From a virus: a stretch of 64,000 nt of DNA. Below, in pieces: positions 28,201-37,792 of the stretch. The position numbers and the translations under genes are program-made. The notes below the pieces were generated by a model. That model had not been told where the DNA came from, ran no database searches, and saw only the letters and a program-made list of their open reading frames with translations. Each line of letters starts with the position of its first letter. The first letter of the stretch is position 1. The stretch is from positions 37,232 through 101,231 of IMG/VR virus record IMGVR_UViG_3300033120_001080; one strand, written 5' to 3'.

Positions 28201-28525
28201 CAGCTGCCCTGGCCAACGACGATGGTGATGGCGAAGCGCATTGCAAACGTGGCTTTTTTATCCGGTGGTAACCATGATCGATGATAATACCATTGGTCCG
28301 GAACTTCGGCCTTGGCGAACTCAGAAACAATGGCTGACCACTGAATTGTTGCACAGTGCGCCCAGCGCGGTGTTCATACATCACGGCGGCAACCCCGGGG
28401 CTCAATTGACGCATCCCCGGGGCGGTCCGCTGACCTGGGTCAGATGCCCGGTAAAAAATGCCACTGGGGTGATCAAAGTAGACGGCCGCTGGCATTGGCA
28501 GGTGTATACCCACACCGATAAATAA
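25201..28525 (+). other. Run of small hypothetical genes (25201-25764, 25761-26015, 25999-26379, 26366-26827, 26893-27282, ~27497-27736, 27733-27912, 27936-28271, ~28274-28525)
   Basis: Coupled + strand ORFs; 25201 has LELAAKAAG...WNPL..ADALQLAVDL; 27733 is EKFAEL family. Confidence 0.65.
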
Positions 28526-28621
28526 AATCACGACCTGCAGGCAAATTTAAGTCAATGACTATTCAGCAATGCCCACATACATTGTGCTATAATACACTGG
28601 TCTAAAAACAGAGATCACATC

Positions 28622-29035
28622 ATGGGCAGTGAATACACCGATCAGCAGATCAAGCTGGCCGCATATCTTCGTAATCTGCTGTTGGCCGCCAAAACCAGAA
28701 TGGCCCTCCAACCTGGCTGGAGGCCGGCATATGGCATATGCAGTATTTTATATTCAGAAAAGCACCACAGAGAAGAGTTGGATGCTCTGTTGTTGCAGGC
28801 ATTTTTAGATTGGCCAGAGTTTTCTGGTGAACTCAGCTTCCCAGTGCGCAACTATTCCTGGGGTACACGAATATTGGCCCGGGTTATTGGAACACCAGTC
28901 AACGGTCTGGCATTCGTTCGCTCTCGTAATCTATGGAGCAAATACACCAGGTATGGTCGTGCACGGCATCGTCTGTTGAACCACACCATTCTGTGGCTGG
29001 ATCAGCACATAGAGACTCTCCACCGGATTGGTTAA
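28622..29035 (+). CDS. Hypothetical protein
   Basis: 137-aa ORF after an extended -10 TGCTATAAT. Confidence 0.7.
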   Translation: MGSEYTDQQIKLAAYLRNLLLAAKTRMALQPGWRPAYGICSILYSEKHHREELDALLLQAFLDWPEFSGELSFPVRNYSWGTRILARVIGTPVNGLAFVRSRNLWSKYTRYGRARHRLLNHTILWLDQHIETLHRIG

Positions 29036-29060
29036 CATCCTTCAAAAACATGGACCAGAA

Positions 29061-29843
29061 ATGACAAAGAATATTGATGCTCTGGGCAATCGCATGAAGC
29101 AATACGAGGCCACCACCACTCGCGCAGTGGTGTTCAAGGGCCAGCCGCTTATTGCCAGGTTGGATGGGAAATCATTTCATACTTTTACTCGCGGGCTCGC
29201 TCGCCCATTCGATCAGAGGCTGCGTGATCTCATGATGCTGATCACCAAAAAACTGGTGAGTCAGTTTAACGCAACCATAGCGTTTCATCAATCTGATGAA
29301 ATCACACTGGTGTGGTATGTGCCCACGGGTTCAGCCACTGAATACCCGTTTGGCGGCCGCGTCCAGAAGCTGGAGAGCATCCTGGCGGCCACAGCCAGTG
29401 TGGTGATGAATCGACACCTGCCAGAGTTTTTGCCTGATAAGGTGCAATTCATGCCAGTGTTTGACTGCAGGGTTTTTGCTGTGCCCAATCTCACCGAGGC
29501 GTACAATAACCTGGTATGGCGTCAACAAGATTGCGTAAAGAATGCCATTAGCATGGCTGCTCAGGCCAAATTCAGCCATCGACAATTACACGGCAAGACC
29601 AGTGACGAAAAACAGGAGATGTTGCGGTTCCATCATGGCATCAATTTCAATGATTATCCCTATTGGTTCAAGCGTGGGGCTTTCGTTCGAAAATACACCG
29701 AGCTCAGAGAGCTGCTCCCAGAACAGCTGATGAAGATCCCACAGCAACATCGTCCCACTGGTCCAGTGGAGAGGTCAGCTATCAAAGAATGTGATTTCTG
29801 GCTTACCAAAATGACCGATCCTTTGACCGAGCTGTTTTCATGA
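29061..29843 (+). CDS. thg1: tRNA(His) guanylyltransferase Thg1-like protein
   Basis: LGNRMKQYE, RLDGKSFHTFT, QSDEI, FDCR, WRQQDCVKNAI, KRG. Confidence 0.92.
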   Translation: MTKNIDALGNRMKQYEATTTRAVVFKGQPLIARLDGKSFHTFTRGLARPFDQRLRDLMMLITKKLVSQFNATIAFHQSDEITLVWYVPTGSATEYPFGGRVQKLESILAATASVVMNRHLPEFLPDKVQFMPVFDCRVFAVPNLTEAYNNLVWRQQDCVKNAISMAAQAKFSHRQLHGKTSDEKQEMLRFHHGINFNDYPYWFKRGAFVRKYTELRELLPEQLMKIPQQHRPTGPVERSAIKECDFWLTKMTDPLTELFS

Positions 29844-29901
29844 TCATTCCACCGCAATCTCATTATTGTTGTTCTCGATTACATAACAATCGGAGAACAA
29901 C

Positions 29902-30270
29902 ATGTCTAGAACAATACGCAGGAAAAATTTTGAAGACACTCTGACCACTTCTTGGGATCGTCAAGGTTTCAAGACTCATGGTCTCTACACCAAGTGTGAG
30001 GCCACACGAGTGGTGCACAGACAGGGCTCTCGTACCACTGTGACCTATGTTTGGACCACGTATCGTGCCATGAACAAACAGGAAAGATTCCATCGCTGGT
30101 ACGAGTTTCACAGAGAAAGCAGGCCAAGCATGCGTGGGCCCAGTCGATGGTTTAGGACCGTCAGGTCACACAAGATTCGCAAACAGGAAAAAATAGAGTT
30201 GCACAAATTCACCAAAGACCCGGACCATGAGCCCATGCTGCCACCGAGGCTTCGGTGGGAATGGTGGTAA
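29902..30270 (+). CDS. Basic hypothetical protein
   Basis: GGAG RBS; MSRTIRRK. Confidence 0.7.
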   Translation: MSRTIRRKNFEDTLTTSWDRQGFKTHGLYTKCEATRVVHRQGSRTTVTYVWTTYRAMNKQERFHRWYEFHRESRPSMRGPSRWFRTVRSHKIRKQEKIELHKFTKDPDHEPMLPPRLRWEWW

Positions 30271-30342
30271 TCAGCCGTGATGGCTGTGATCTCAAACGAC
30301 ACAGCCATGCAACTCTCCTATATCAGATGCGGGGGTATTCAG

Positions 30343-30681
30343 ATGAGCATAAACATACATTTCACAGCAACACGAGAAATCTTTGTGGTCAAAACCGGTA
30401 AAACCACGGTGCAAGAGTTGAAAATAGCGGTGTGGCAGACTCCCACCAGTGACACCATGAAAATTATGAACAGTGCAGATCCTGTTCGAGCATACGCAGA
30501 TTGGTTGGCTGGTTCTGGCGACTATGAAGTGGAACCGGTGTACGCGCTGGGCGACTTGGATCAAACCACCCCAACTGGTCATCGACGAGTTCACTACGGG
30601 CGCCAGGCTGCGGCTGAGTTCTTGAGAAATGTTCGTGAATTGACGCGCGATGGGTTTACGGTGGTTGCGTCAGCTTGGTGA
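30343..30681 (+). CDS. Hypothetical protein (paralog of 51475)
   Basis: MSINI...WQTPTSDT..I...DP..AY. Confidence 0.7.
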   Translation: MSINIHFTATREIFVVKTGKTTVQELKIAVWQTPTSDTMKIMNSADPVRAYADWLAGSGDYEVEPVYALGDLDQTTPTGHRRVHYGRQAAAEFLRNVRELTRDGFTVVASAW

Positions 30682-30701
30682 TAACATCCTAGGTGTGAAT
30701 T

Positions 30702-31076
30702 ATGAAACTCATTATTGTTCGTGGGCTCGACGATGCCGAAACCAGTACATGGGTCAAAGGCCATGCACAGCCGCACGGCTCAGCAGAACATCTTTCGCCC
30801 CACATGTTTTTTAACGGTGCACCGGAATCTCCAGAATGGGAATTCACGGCATACAGTTGGTGCTATTTCAACACCGTGCGCCAACTGACGTGTGGCGCTG
30901 ATGTTGCGGTTTCAGGCAAGTTCAGCAAAATTTGCCAGATAGAGCCATATATGATCATCGCTGGGAAACTGCTGTGTGCTGTGGAAATCGTGGAATTCCC
31001 GCCACCGCAGGATCAGAGCACGTGTTGGGAAGTGCTGCCGGAACACTGGCAGCACTTAACTCGTTTAAATCAGTGA
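30702..31076 (+). CDS. Degenerate P-loop kinase-like protein
   Basis: LIIVRGLDDAETSTW aligns to LIIxRGLPGSGKST without GK. Confidence 0.5.
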   Translation: MKLIIVRGLDDAETSTWVKGHAQPHGSAEHLSPHMFFNGAPESPEWEFTAYSWCYFNTVRQLTCGADVAVSGKFSKICQIEPYMIIAGKLLCAVEIVEFPPPQDQSTCWEVLPEHWQHLTRLNQ

Positions 31077-31089
31077 TGGGAGATCAACT

Positions 31090-31641
31090 ATGATTCAACG
31101 AGCAATCAAGATCGCCAAGGCCATCATGGACTCCGAACACCAGTATCCCAAGATCATGGTGGATGCCGCTAGCGAGATCGTCAAGATTAGACGAGCGCGT
31201 GACAAGGCAGTTCTCACCATCAAAAATCAATACAGGGACGTTTGGCTGGATGAAATCAGATTCATGCGTGCAACCAGAGCCAGCTGGTTGGTACCCAAAA
31301 ATCGATATGCTCCCCGGGCGATGGTGAAAAACATGCTGATCAAACAATATCGGCGCAGAGCATTGGATTTTTTTGACCTTCGACGAAAAATTTGGGGGGA
31401 TGTCCGACACCGGTTGAAGACGCAGTGCGCAACTTTGACAGGCATGTGGTGGATGCTGCATCACCCAGAAGTTGATGACATCAGTCAGATGTTGTATGGG
31501 ATGTGGCGGAAAAACAGTGACAGCTGCAGTGTTGACCTATATAATAAACACTATCTGGGGTGGGTCACAGGCCATCTGATGGCCATGGTACTGGCCCATC
31601 AAGTGGGGCATCACCGGGTAGAATCAACTTTTGACATTTGA
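31090..31641 (+). CDS. Hypothetical protein
   Basis: 183-aa basic ORF; GGAG RBS. Confidence 0.65.
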   Translation: MIQRAIKIAKAIMDSEHQYPKIMVDAASEIVKIRRARDKAVLTIKNQYRDVWLDEIRFMRATRASWLVPKNRYAPRAMVKNMLIKQYRRRALDFFDLRRKIWGDVRHRLKTQCATLTGMWWMLHHPEVDDISQMLYGMWRKNSDSCSVDLYNKHYLGWVTGHLMAMVLAHQVGHHRVESTFDI

Positions 31642-31647
31642 CGGTGT

Positions 31648-32502
31648 GTGATGAAAGTATTGATAGGATCTCGTGCATTACAGTATTGGCACCCGAAACT
31701 CGACGTGTCGATGACAGCGGACTGGGACATCATCTCCGATGAGCCAGTCGCTGGATCAGAGTGGCACGATCCCAGTGTGCTGTTAAATCAGGAGTTTGCT
31801 GAGAGGTATGCAACCAAACAACATTTGATGTTTAGGGGGGATTCTGGTGTACATCAAGTACAAGTGATGTCCCTGCTGGGATTGGCACTGATCAAGCGCA
31901 GTCATCTGTGGAGAGATCTTCGCTTTCAAAAACACATCACACATTTTCACAAATATTTGTCAGAACATCTGCGGGATTGTAGTAAAATTGACCTAGACTA
32001 CTTAAAACGCAGAACTGCTCTGACCCGGCAATCATGCCCGCAGGGCACCCCCAATCTCATGCAGACAAAAGATAAATTCTTTTCGGATGCGGTGACCAAA
32101 AAGTATGAACATGATTGGTTGCATGAATTGTTTGCTTATCAAGATCAGCCGTGGTACACACGGCTGCTGAGAAACCCTGAACTGGCCTGGTGTGACTTCG
32201 ACAAATGGCAGCTGCTGACTACTCAGCAGCAATTAGAGTGCGTGGCTGAAGAAGCCTATGTCATAGCCACTGAACGCTTTTTGGTGCCCAATGATTGGAA
32301 GTATGCCGGCCGGCGTGCTTTCATGAAAGCAGTGGATAAAGTCTGCACCACTCTGTGTTCAGGTTGGTTCAGAGATTTTGCCATTGATCACTATCCCAGG
32401 GTCCTGGGCATGTTTGATCAAACCAAGATTGACTGTGTGCGTCAAATTATCAACTCAACCCCTGAAGACCAAAGGAGGTATCACCATGGAACACATCTTT
32501 GA
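31648..32502 (+). CDS. Putative nucleotidyltransferase-like phage protein
   Basis: IGSRAL...DWD (GS + DxD), HDWLHE. Confidence 0.6.
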   Translation: MMKVLIGSRALQYWHPKLDVSMTADWDIISDEPVAGSEWHDPSVLLNQEFAERYATKQHLMFRGDSGVHQVQVMSLLGLALIKRSHLWRDLRFQKHITHFHKYLSEHLRDCSKIDLDYLKRRTALTRQSCPQGTPNLMQTKDKFFSDAVTKKYEHDWLHELFAYQDQPWYTRLLRNPELAWCDFDKWQLLTTQQQLECVAEEAYVIATERFLVPNDWKYAGRRAFMKAVDKVCTTLCSGWFRDFAIDHYPRVLGMFDQTKIDCVRQIINSTPEDQRRYHHGTHL

Positions 32503-32866
32503 ACACAAACTTCATCGTATCCTGAATGAGGAACGGTATCAACGTATTGTGCGGAATGAGTTCTTCAACGCAGAATACAACACCGATAATAGGTGGATAG
32601 AGAACGTGGAACCCACAGACCCTCGTCGCCAATTCCGTGAAGAACTGATCAACAACGACATCACTGTGTGCTTTGAAGACCACTACGGCGGCGAGGGGGA
32701 GGGCGATGCATACTGGAGTGTGTACAGTTTCCAACATGGAGACCAAAAACTGTTTGTAAGATTTGATGGATATTACGCCAGCTACGTTGGCAGTGAATTC
32801 CATGAATGGGAGTGGGTGGAGCCCGTTCAGCAAGTGATCACAGTGTACAAGTCCGTTCAACGCTAA
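32486..32866 (+). CDS. YGGEG-motif protein (paralog 2)
   Basis: HYGGEGEGDAYWSVY...FDGYYASYVG; GGAGG RBS. Confidence 0.8.
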   Translation: MEHIFEHKLHRILNEERYQRIVRNEFFNAEYNTDNRWIENVEPTDPRRQFREELINNDITVCFEDHYGGEGEGDAYWSVYSFQHGDQKLFVRFDGYYASYVGSEFHEWEWVEPVQQVITVYKSVQR

Positions 32867-32893
32867 TTTAATCACTCACAAGGAGCAGTTCAA

Positions 32894-33286
32894 ATGGAAC
32901 AAGATCTCAAAACAGTGTTGGAAGAAATTTTCCAGGATGATGACAATCGCACTGCGGTCATCAGCCTATTCTTTTACGAAGAATATTACGATCTGGAAGA
33001 GGAGCTGTGTGACTCTGAATCAGACGAGGACAGCGACGATGATGAGGAGAATCTGCAGCTTCTCAGGAAGCTACGAGCCCAGAAAATCTCTGTTGTCCTG
33101 GAGGACAACTACGGCGGTGAGGGGCAGGGAGATGAATACTGGTACGTGTACCGTTTCCGGCGTGGCGATGAAGTGGCGTACGTGAAGTTTGATGGATATT
33201 ACGCCAGCTACTGCGGCAGTGAATTCCATGAATGGTTCTTTGTCAAACCCGCGCAAAAAACCATCACAGTGTTTAAACGATGCTGA
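32894..33286 (+). CDS. YGGEG-motif protein (paralog 3)
   Basis: NYGGEGQGDEYWYVY...FDGYYASYCG. Confidence 0.8.
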   Translation: MEQDLKTVLEEIFQDDDNRTAVISLFFYEEYYDLEEELCDSESDEDSDDDEENLQLLRKLRAQKISVVLEDNYGGEGQGDEYWYVYRFRRGDEVAYVKFDGYYASYCGSEFHEWFFVKPAQKTITVFKRC

Positions 33287-33304
33287 CCTGAATTCAGGAG
33301 TGGT

Positions 33305-33847
33305 ATGAAACAAACTTTTTTGATAGCTGACCTACATCTGGGCCACGCAGGAGTGTGCAAATTCCTGCGCAAAGATGGCAGCAAACTTCGTCCCTGGGAT
33401 TCAGCAGACGACATGGACCAGGAGATCATCCAACGGTGGAACGCCACCGTGGGCCCCACTGACAAGGTGTACATCCTGGGAGATGTGGCCATTGCTCGCA
33501 AGAATTTGGTCAAGTGTGCTGAACTCAACGGAGACAAGGTGTTGATCAAGGGCAATCATGATATATTCAGGCTCAATGATTACACCCCGTATTTTCGTGA
33601 TATTCGTGGCTATCATGTCATGGCCGGCATGATCCTGAGCCATATCCCCGTGCACCCGGACTCCAAGTCCAGGTTCAAGGCCAACATACACGGCCACCTG
33701 CATGATTCCAGGGTCATGCTTGGCGGGGAGATCGATCCTTGGTATTACTGTGTGTCTGCGGAGCACACGGACTATACCCCGGTGTCGTTTGATGTGGTGG
33801 TTGAACAGATAAAGCAGCAATCCCAACCTGTTATGGAGGATCTTTAA
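33305..33847 (+). CDS. Calcineurin-like metallophosphoesterase
   Basis: DLHLGH, LGD, GNHD, SHIP, HGHLH. Confidence 0.9.
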   Translation: MKQTFLIADLHLGHAGVCKFLRKDGSKLRPWDSADDMDQEIIQRWNATVGPTDKVYILGDVAIARKNLVKCAELNGDKVLIKGNHDIFRLNDYTPYFRDIRGYHVMAGMILSHIPVHPDSKSRFKANIHGHLHDSRVMLGGEIDPWYYCVSAEHTDYTPVSFDVVVEQIKQQSQPVMEDL

Positions 33848-33849
33848 TC

Positions 33850-34254
33850 ATGGCTACAAGAAGCACCATCGCACTGGAATACAGTGATGGCAGAGTCCGA
33901 CAAATCTATTGTCATTGGGACGGATACCTGGATCACAATGGACAAATTCTCCTGGATCACTACGCCACCAGTGATCTGGTGGATCAATTGATCCAGCATG
34001 GATCCATCAGCTCACTGGGTAGGTCCATTGAGGACACTGAGTTCTATGCCAGGGACCGAGGGGAAGAACTCATTCCTCCCTGCGAGTTCGAAACCGAGGA
34101 CGACTACCACCTAGCCGCAACTTTTCAAGATTACAACTATCTGATGGATCGGCACGGGCAATGGCTGGTTCAATTCAACGACGCTGGATTCCAAAACCTA
34201 CAACAGGCGTTGAAGAACTATTACGATTCTGAATATGATCCCGAGGATGACTGA
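33850..34254 (+). CDS. Phage hypothetical protein
   Basis: MATRSTIA...IYCHWDGY. Confidence 0.8.
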   Translation: MATRSTIALEYSDGRVRQIYCHWDGYLDHNGQILLDHYATSDLVDQLIQHGSISSLGRSIEDTEFYARDRGEELIPPCEFETEDDYHLAATFQDYNYLMDRHGQWLVQFNDAGFQNLQQALKNYYDSEYDPEDD

Positions 34255-34265
34255 TCAGTAACCGA

Positions 34266-35330
34266 TCACCAGGCCCTGCAGCTCCAGTAGCGTGCTTTGT
34301 ATTTGGGGCCTGGATTATCACAATTATGCCTGGCCCTGAATGATTTTCGGCGGCCAGGTATATGCTTTTTAATGGTCATGTTCTTGTCGCCGAAATTAAC
34401 TTTGACCACGCGCCCAGTGGGCCCCTTGACATAGACCTTGGATTTCTTAACATCACCTTTCATGGGACGATTCAGAGTCACTGTTCTGCCCTGATACTCG
34501 GCTTCGGTGACCATGACGTTGGTGACTTGGTCCAGAGCCGCCTGATCCAGGTGTATCACAACCCCGTCTTCGGTGATGCCCACCACCTGCGTGACAATAT
34601 CCAGGTCCTCCAGCCCCAACACAAACCCATCGCCTACCTGTAGTTGTTCTTCGGTGGGCACACAGTTGGGCACCTTTCGACCTTTCTTTTTCTTCAGGCC
34701 TACTTGTTGATATCCAGCCCAGCAGGGATCTTTGCGAGATTCTGTGGCGGAGTTGTCTGATGATTGATTGCTGAAATCTTTGAATCTCATGGAGTTTCCT
34801 TTGGTGGATGCAGCTGTGCGCCGGCGTCTGAGCACATACAGCCCGGGATCTGACATCTGAAATCGATAGTGATCGATCTCATCAGGATCAGTGGTTTCGC
34901 CGGTGGCAAACATCACGGCCTGCTCGGCATCGGTGATCTGAGCCGGGTCCAGGGTATCATACCCCAGGCTGGCTGCATATCTTTTCACCATCCTATTATA
35001 GAGTTTGATCCTGCTGTTGCCCTCTGCGGCGAACAGAAAATACGCCGGTGAAGGGTATCTGCTGAGGTATTGTCGTATGGATTCCAGCACAGTGGCCAAC
35101 ACTCTCACAGCATCTCCCTGGTTGGTTACATCATACGACCTGTTTCGGGAAAAACTGATGCCAGTCAACTGATCACTGATTTGATGAAACCTGATGCTTA
35201 TGATTCCCAGTGATCGATCTCGGGCCTCGGCTTCAGCATCAGCTCGATCTGAAAATCCGTCAGAATACCACCTAATGTCAAATGCTGACTGTGGTTCAAA
35301 TACCTCAGAGATAAAATCAGAGAATTTCAT
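34266..35330 (-). CDS. Probable virion-associated protein, apparently two fused genes (internal start 34790)
   Basis: MKFSDFISE N-terminus; internal AAGGA-N7-ATG MRFKDF; CWAGY..VPNCVP and SFRARHNC..ARYWSC motifs. Confidence 0.75.
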   Translation of the reverse strand: MKFSDFISEVFEPQSAFDIRWYSDGFSDRADAEAEARDRSLGIISIRFHQISDQLTGISFSRNRSYDVTNQGDAVRVLATVLESIRQYLSRYPSPAYFLFAAEGNSRIKLYNRMVKRYAASLGYDTLDPAQITDAEQAVMFATGETTDPDEIDHYRFQMSDPGLYVLRRRRTAASTKGNSMRFKDFSNQSSDNSATESRKDPCWAGYQQVGLKKKKGRKVPNCVPTEEQLQVGDGFVLGLEDLDIVTQVVGITEDGVVIHLDQAALDQVTNVMVTEAEYQGRTVTLNRPMKGDVKKSKVYVKGPTGRVVKVNFGDKNMTIKKHIPGRRKSFRARHNCDNPGPKYKARYWSCRAW

Positions 35331-35887
35331 TACTTGCCCTCGAGTCTGTGGTTTACCACAGACCAATTGACTATGCGCCAAAAGTTTTTCAAATATTTGG
35401 CCTTGTCATGCTGATAATCCAGGGCCCAGGCATGCTCCCACCAATCAATCAACAACACAATGTCTTTTTTAATCTGGTGATTTTTTATGACTTTAATGAC
35501 TCCGGAATCAGATAGATACACCCAACCGCTGCCCTGTATGGCCATGGCAGTGGCCTCGATTTCTGATCTAAATTGATCCCAGCTGCCAAATTTCTGGTTG
35601 ATCAACTCCAGAGACCTGCCCTGAGGTCGATTGCCGGCAGCCGGCGGCTGTAACTGAGGGAAAAACAGATTATGCAGATATGACCCTGCATGATTGAATT
35701 CTCGGTCTCCCTCACCAGAATTGTATCTCTGGGCATAGCCTCGTGCTAGGTGATCGTAGTGATACACCAAGGATTCCTGACTCAGCACCGGAGCCAGTGC
35801 ATTTTTGGCATAGGGCAGTTTTTCAGTGGTCAGCGTCAGAGATTTATCAGATGCCTCCACCAAGTCGATGTATTTTCGATAGTTCAT
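35330..35887 (-). CDS. sod: Fe/Mn superoxide dismutase
   Basis: LPYAKNALAP, HYDHL, HNLFF, GSGW, DWWEHA. Confidence 0.9.
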   Translation of the reverse strand: MNYRKYIDLVEASDKSLTLTTEKLPYAKNALAPVLSQESLVYHYDHLARGYAQRYNSGEGDREFNHAGSYLHNLFFPQLQPPAAGNRPQGRSLELINQKFGSWDQFRSEIEATAMAIQGSGWVYLSDSGVIKVIKNHQIKKDIVLLIDWWEHAWALDYQHDKAKYLKNFWRIVNWSVVNHRLEGK

Positions 35888-36033
35888 AGGGTTATTTGGG
35901 CAGGAATATCAAGATGCTCATCAATGCTCCTATCAATGCAGAGAATAAAATATTAGACAGCAGCAACATGGTTGGATGAGTTTTCACGATGGCCTCCGGT
36001 AAATAAGACTTGACCAACTATTTACCACAGACC

Positions 36034-37281
36034 ATGAACACGCATCAACCTCATTACAATGTCTCCGAGCTGGGACAAGTATTCACGCCAGATTATTTGG
36101 TGAAAGTCATGCTGAGTTTGAAAACCAACACTGGTCGAGTGTTGGAGCCCTCCTGTGGTGACGGTGCCTTTTTCAAAGAAATCCCAGGGTGTGTGGGCAT
36201 AGAATATGACTGCAGGCATGCTCCCCCAGGCAGCCAAGTCATGGACTTCTTTGAATACCCCACATCAGAGCAGTTTCGAACCATCATTGGGAATCCTCCC
36301 TATGTGAGATTCCGGGACATCCCGCAAAGTACCCGGAAGTTGATAGCGCAGCGATGTCAGTGGCGCATGAACCTCTACCTGCACTTTATAGAAAAATCTC
36401 TGCATCATCTTCAACACGGCGGTGAATTGATTTTTGTCACACCCAGAGACTTTCTCAAACAAACCTCCTGCCTGGAGTTCAATACCTGGTTATTCGATCA
36501 GGGCAGCATCACTGATGTCATAGATCTCGGCGACTCCAGAGTTTTCGAGACAGCATCACCCAACTGCATGGTCTGGCGTTTTGAAAAAGGTAATCATAGT
36601 CGACAAGTCAATTATTCCGAATTGAGTAGATGTACGGATCCAGCCACAGCACTGACATCAATATCCTGGCAATGTAGAAAATTCACCAACATCAATGGCT
36701 ACCTGGCATTTGATGCCCAACAGCACGCTCACAGCGTGTTGTTGGGAGACATCGCTGAAGTCAAAGTTGGGGCAGTGTCGGCAGCCGATGATATTTTTGC
36801 CAATGAACTGTTGGGTAATTTAGATTTCGTCAGTGCTGCCACTAGACGAACTGGAAAAACACGTCGAATGATATGGAGCAATGACGATCACGCACCACCA
36901 GCATCATTGCTGCCACACAAGACAAAATTGATATCCAGGAAGATGCGAAAATTTGATGAGACCAATTGGTGGAAATGGGGCCGAGGTTATCCCAGGAACA
37001 CCGGGCCCAGAATCTATGTCAACGGAAAAACTCGTCAACATTCACCGTTTTTTATTCATGATTGTGAAAACTTTGACGGGGCGGTGTTGGCTATTTTTCC
37101 CAGAGACGCTGCGGTTGATCTACAGGAATTATGTCGCTGCTTAAACTCGGTTAACTGGCAGGCATTGGGTTTTATGTGTGACGGGCGATACTTGTTTTCT
37201 CAGCGTAGTTTGATCAACGCCCCGCTGCCTCAGGAATTTTTAAAATTTTTACCAAAAACATTGACTACAACCAGCCATTAA
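36034..37281 (+). CDS. Amino-DNA (probably N6-adenine) methyltransferase, TaqI/Eco57I-like
   Basis: GQVFTP, LEPSCGDGAF, IGNPPY, NLYLHFIEK. Confidence 0.9.
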   Translation: MNTHQPHYNVSELGQVFTPDYLVKVMLSLKTNTGRVLEPSCGDGAFFKEIPGCVGIEYDCRHAPPGSQVMDFFEYPTSEQFRTIIGNPPYVRFRDIPQSTRKLIAQRCQWRMNLYLHFIEKSLHHLQHGGELIFVTPRDFLKQTSCLEFNTWLFDQGSITDVIDLGDSRVFETASPNCMVWRFEKGNHSRQVNYSELSRCTDPATALTSISWQCRKFTNINGYLAFDAQQHAHSVLLGDIAEVKVGAVSAADDIFANELLGNLDFVSAATRRTGKTRRMIWSNDDHAPPASLLPHKTKLISRKMRKFDETNWWKWGRGYPRNTGPRIYVNGKTRQHSPFFIHDCENFDGAVLAIFPRDAAVDLQELCRCLNSVNWQALGFMCDGRYLFSQRSLINAPLPQEFLKFLPKTLTTTSH

Positions 37282-37289
37282 CATATACT
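37261..37289 (+). promoter_or_regulatory. Sigma70-like promoter
   Basis: TTGACT-N17-TATACT. Confidence 0.65.
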
Positions 37290-37310
37290 TTTAACTGCAA
37301 CACAGATCAC

Positions 37311-37448
37311 AGGGATAGACGTAGAGGTTGAGTCCTAAGTAGCGGCAATGGCACAGCCATTCCTAATTACCGCGAAGTACAGTGTACTCCTTCTATCGAG
37401 ACAATCTAGCGAGGCCGAAAGGATAGCTAGGCGCCCGCCCCCTCAACA
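37311..37448 (+). ncRNA. Structured RNA candidate
   Basis: Stems GATAGA/TCTATC, GCGG/CCGC, GTAC/GTAC, CTAGC/GCTAG, and crossing GTTGAG/CTCAAC. Confidence 0.4.
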
Positions 37449-37481
37449 GATGATGTTGTAAACTTGACCAAAGGAACTCAG

Positions 37482-37664
37482 ATGAAGAAACAAAAAACAG
37501 GCATGGTTTCACCGCCCAGAAATCCTCTGGTGTCGCTGGCACTGTTTAAACCAGCTGGCGCGCACGGCCGCAGTCACAAAGCACAGAGAACACAGGATAA
37601 ACAAAATCTCAAACGCCACTGGCGTGATGACAGTGGTTTTTGTAATTCGCCTGTTGCTGCGTGA
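37482..37664 (+). CDS. Small basic protein
   Basis: AAGGA RBS; RNPLV...AGAHGRSHK. Confidence 0.65.
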   Translation: MKKQKTGMVSPPRNPLVSLALFKPAGAHGRSHKAQRTQDKQNLKRHWRDDSGFCNSPVAA

Positions 37665-37687
37665 ATTACCAAGACCATTGTGGTCCT

Positions 37688-37763
37688 GCCTCGGTAGCTG
37701 AGAGGTTCAAGCGCCCTCCTTACAAGTGGGAGTATGCCAGTTCGAGTCTGGCCCGAGGCACCA
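37688..37763 (+). tRNA. tRNA-Val(UAC)
   Basis: GCCTCGG/CCGAGGC, loop CTTACAA, ACCA. Confidence 0.88.
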
Positions 37764-37792
37764 AATTTTTCAAGTGACATTTCAGGACAAGT

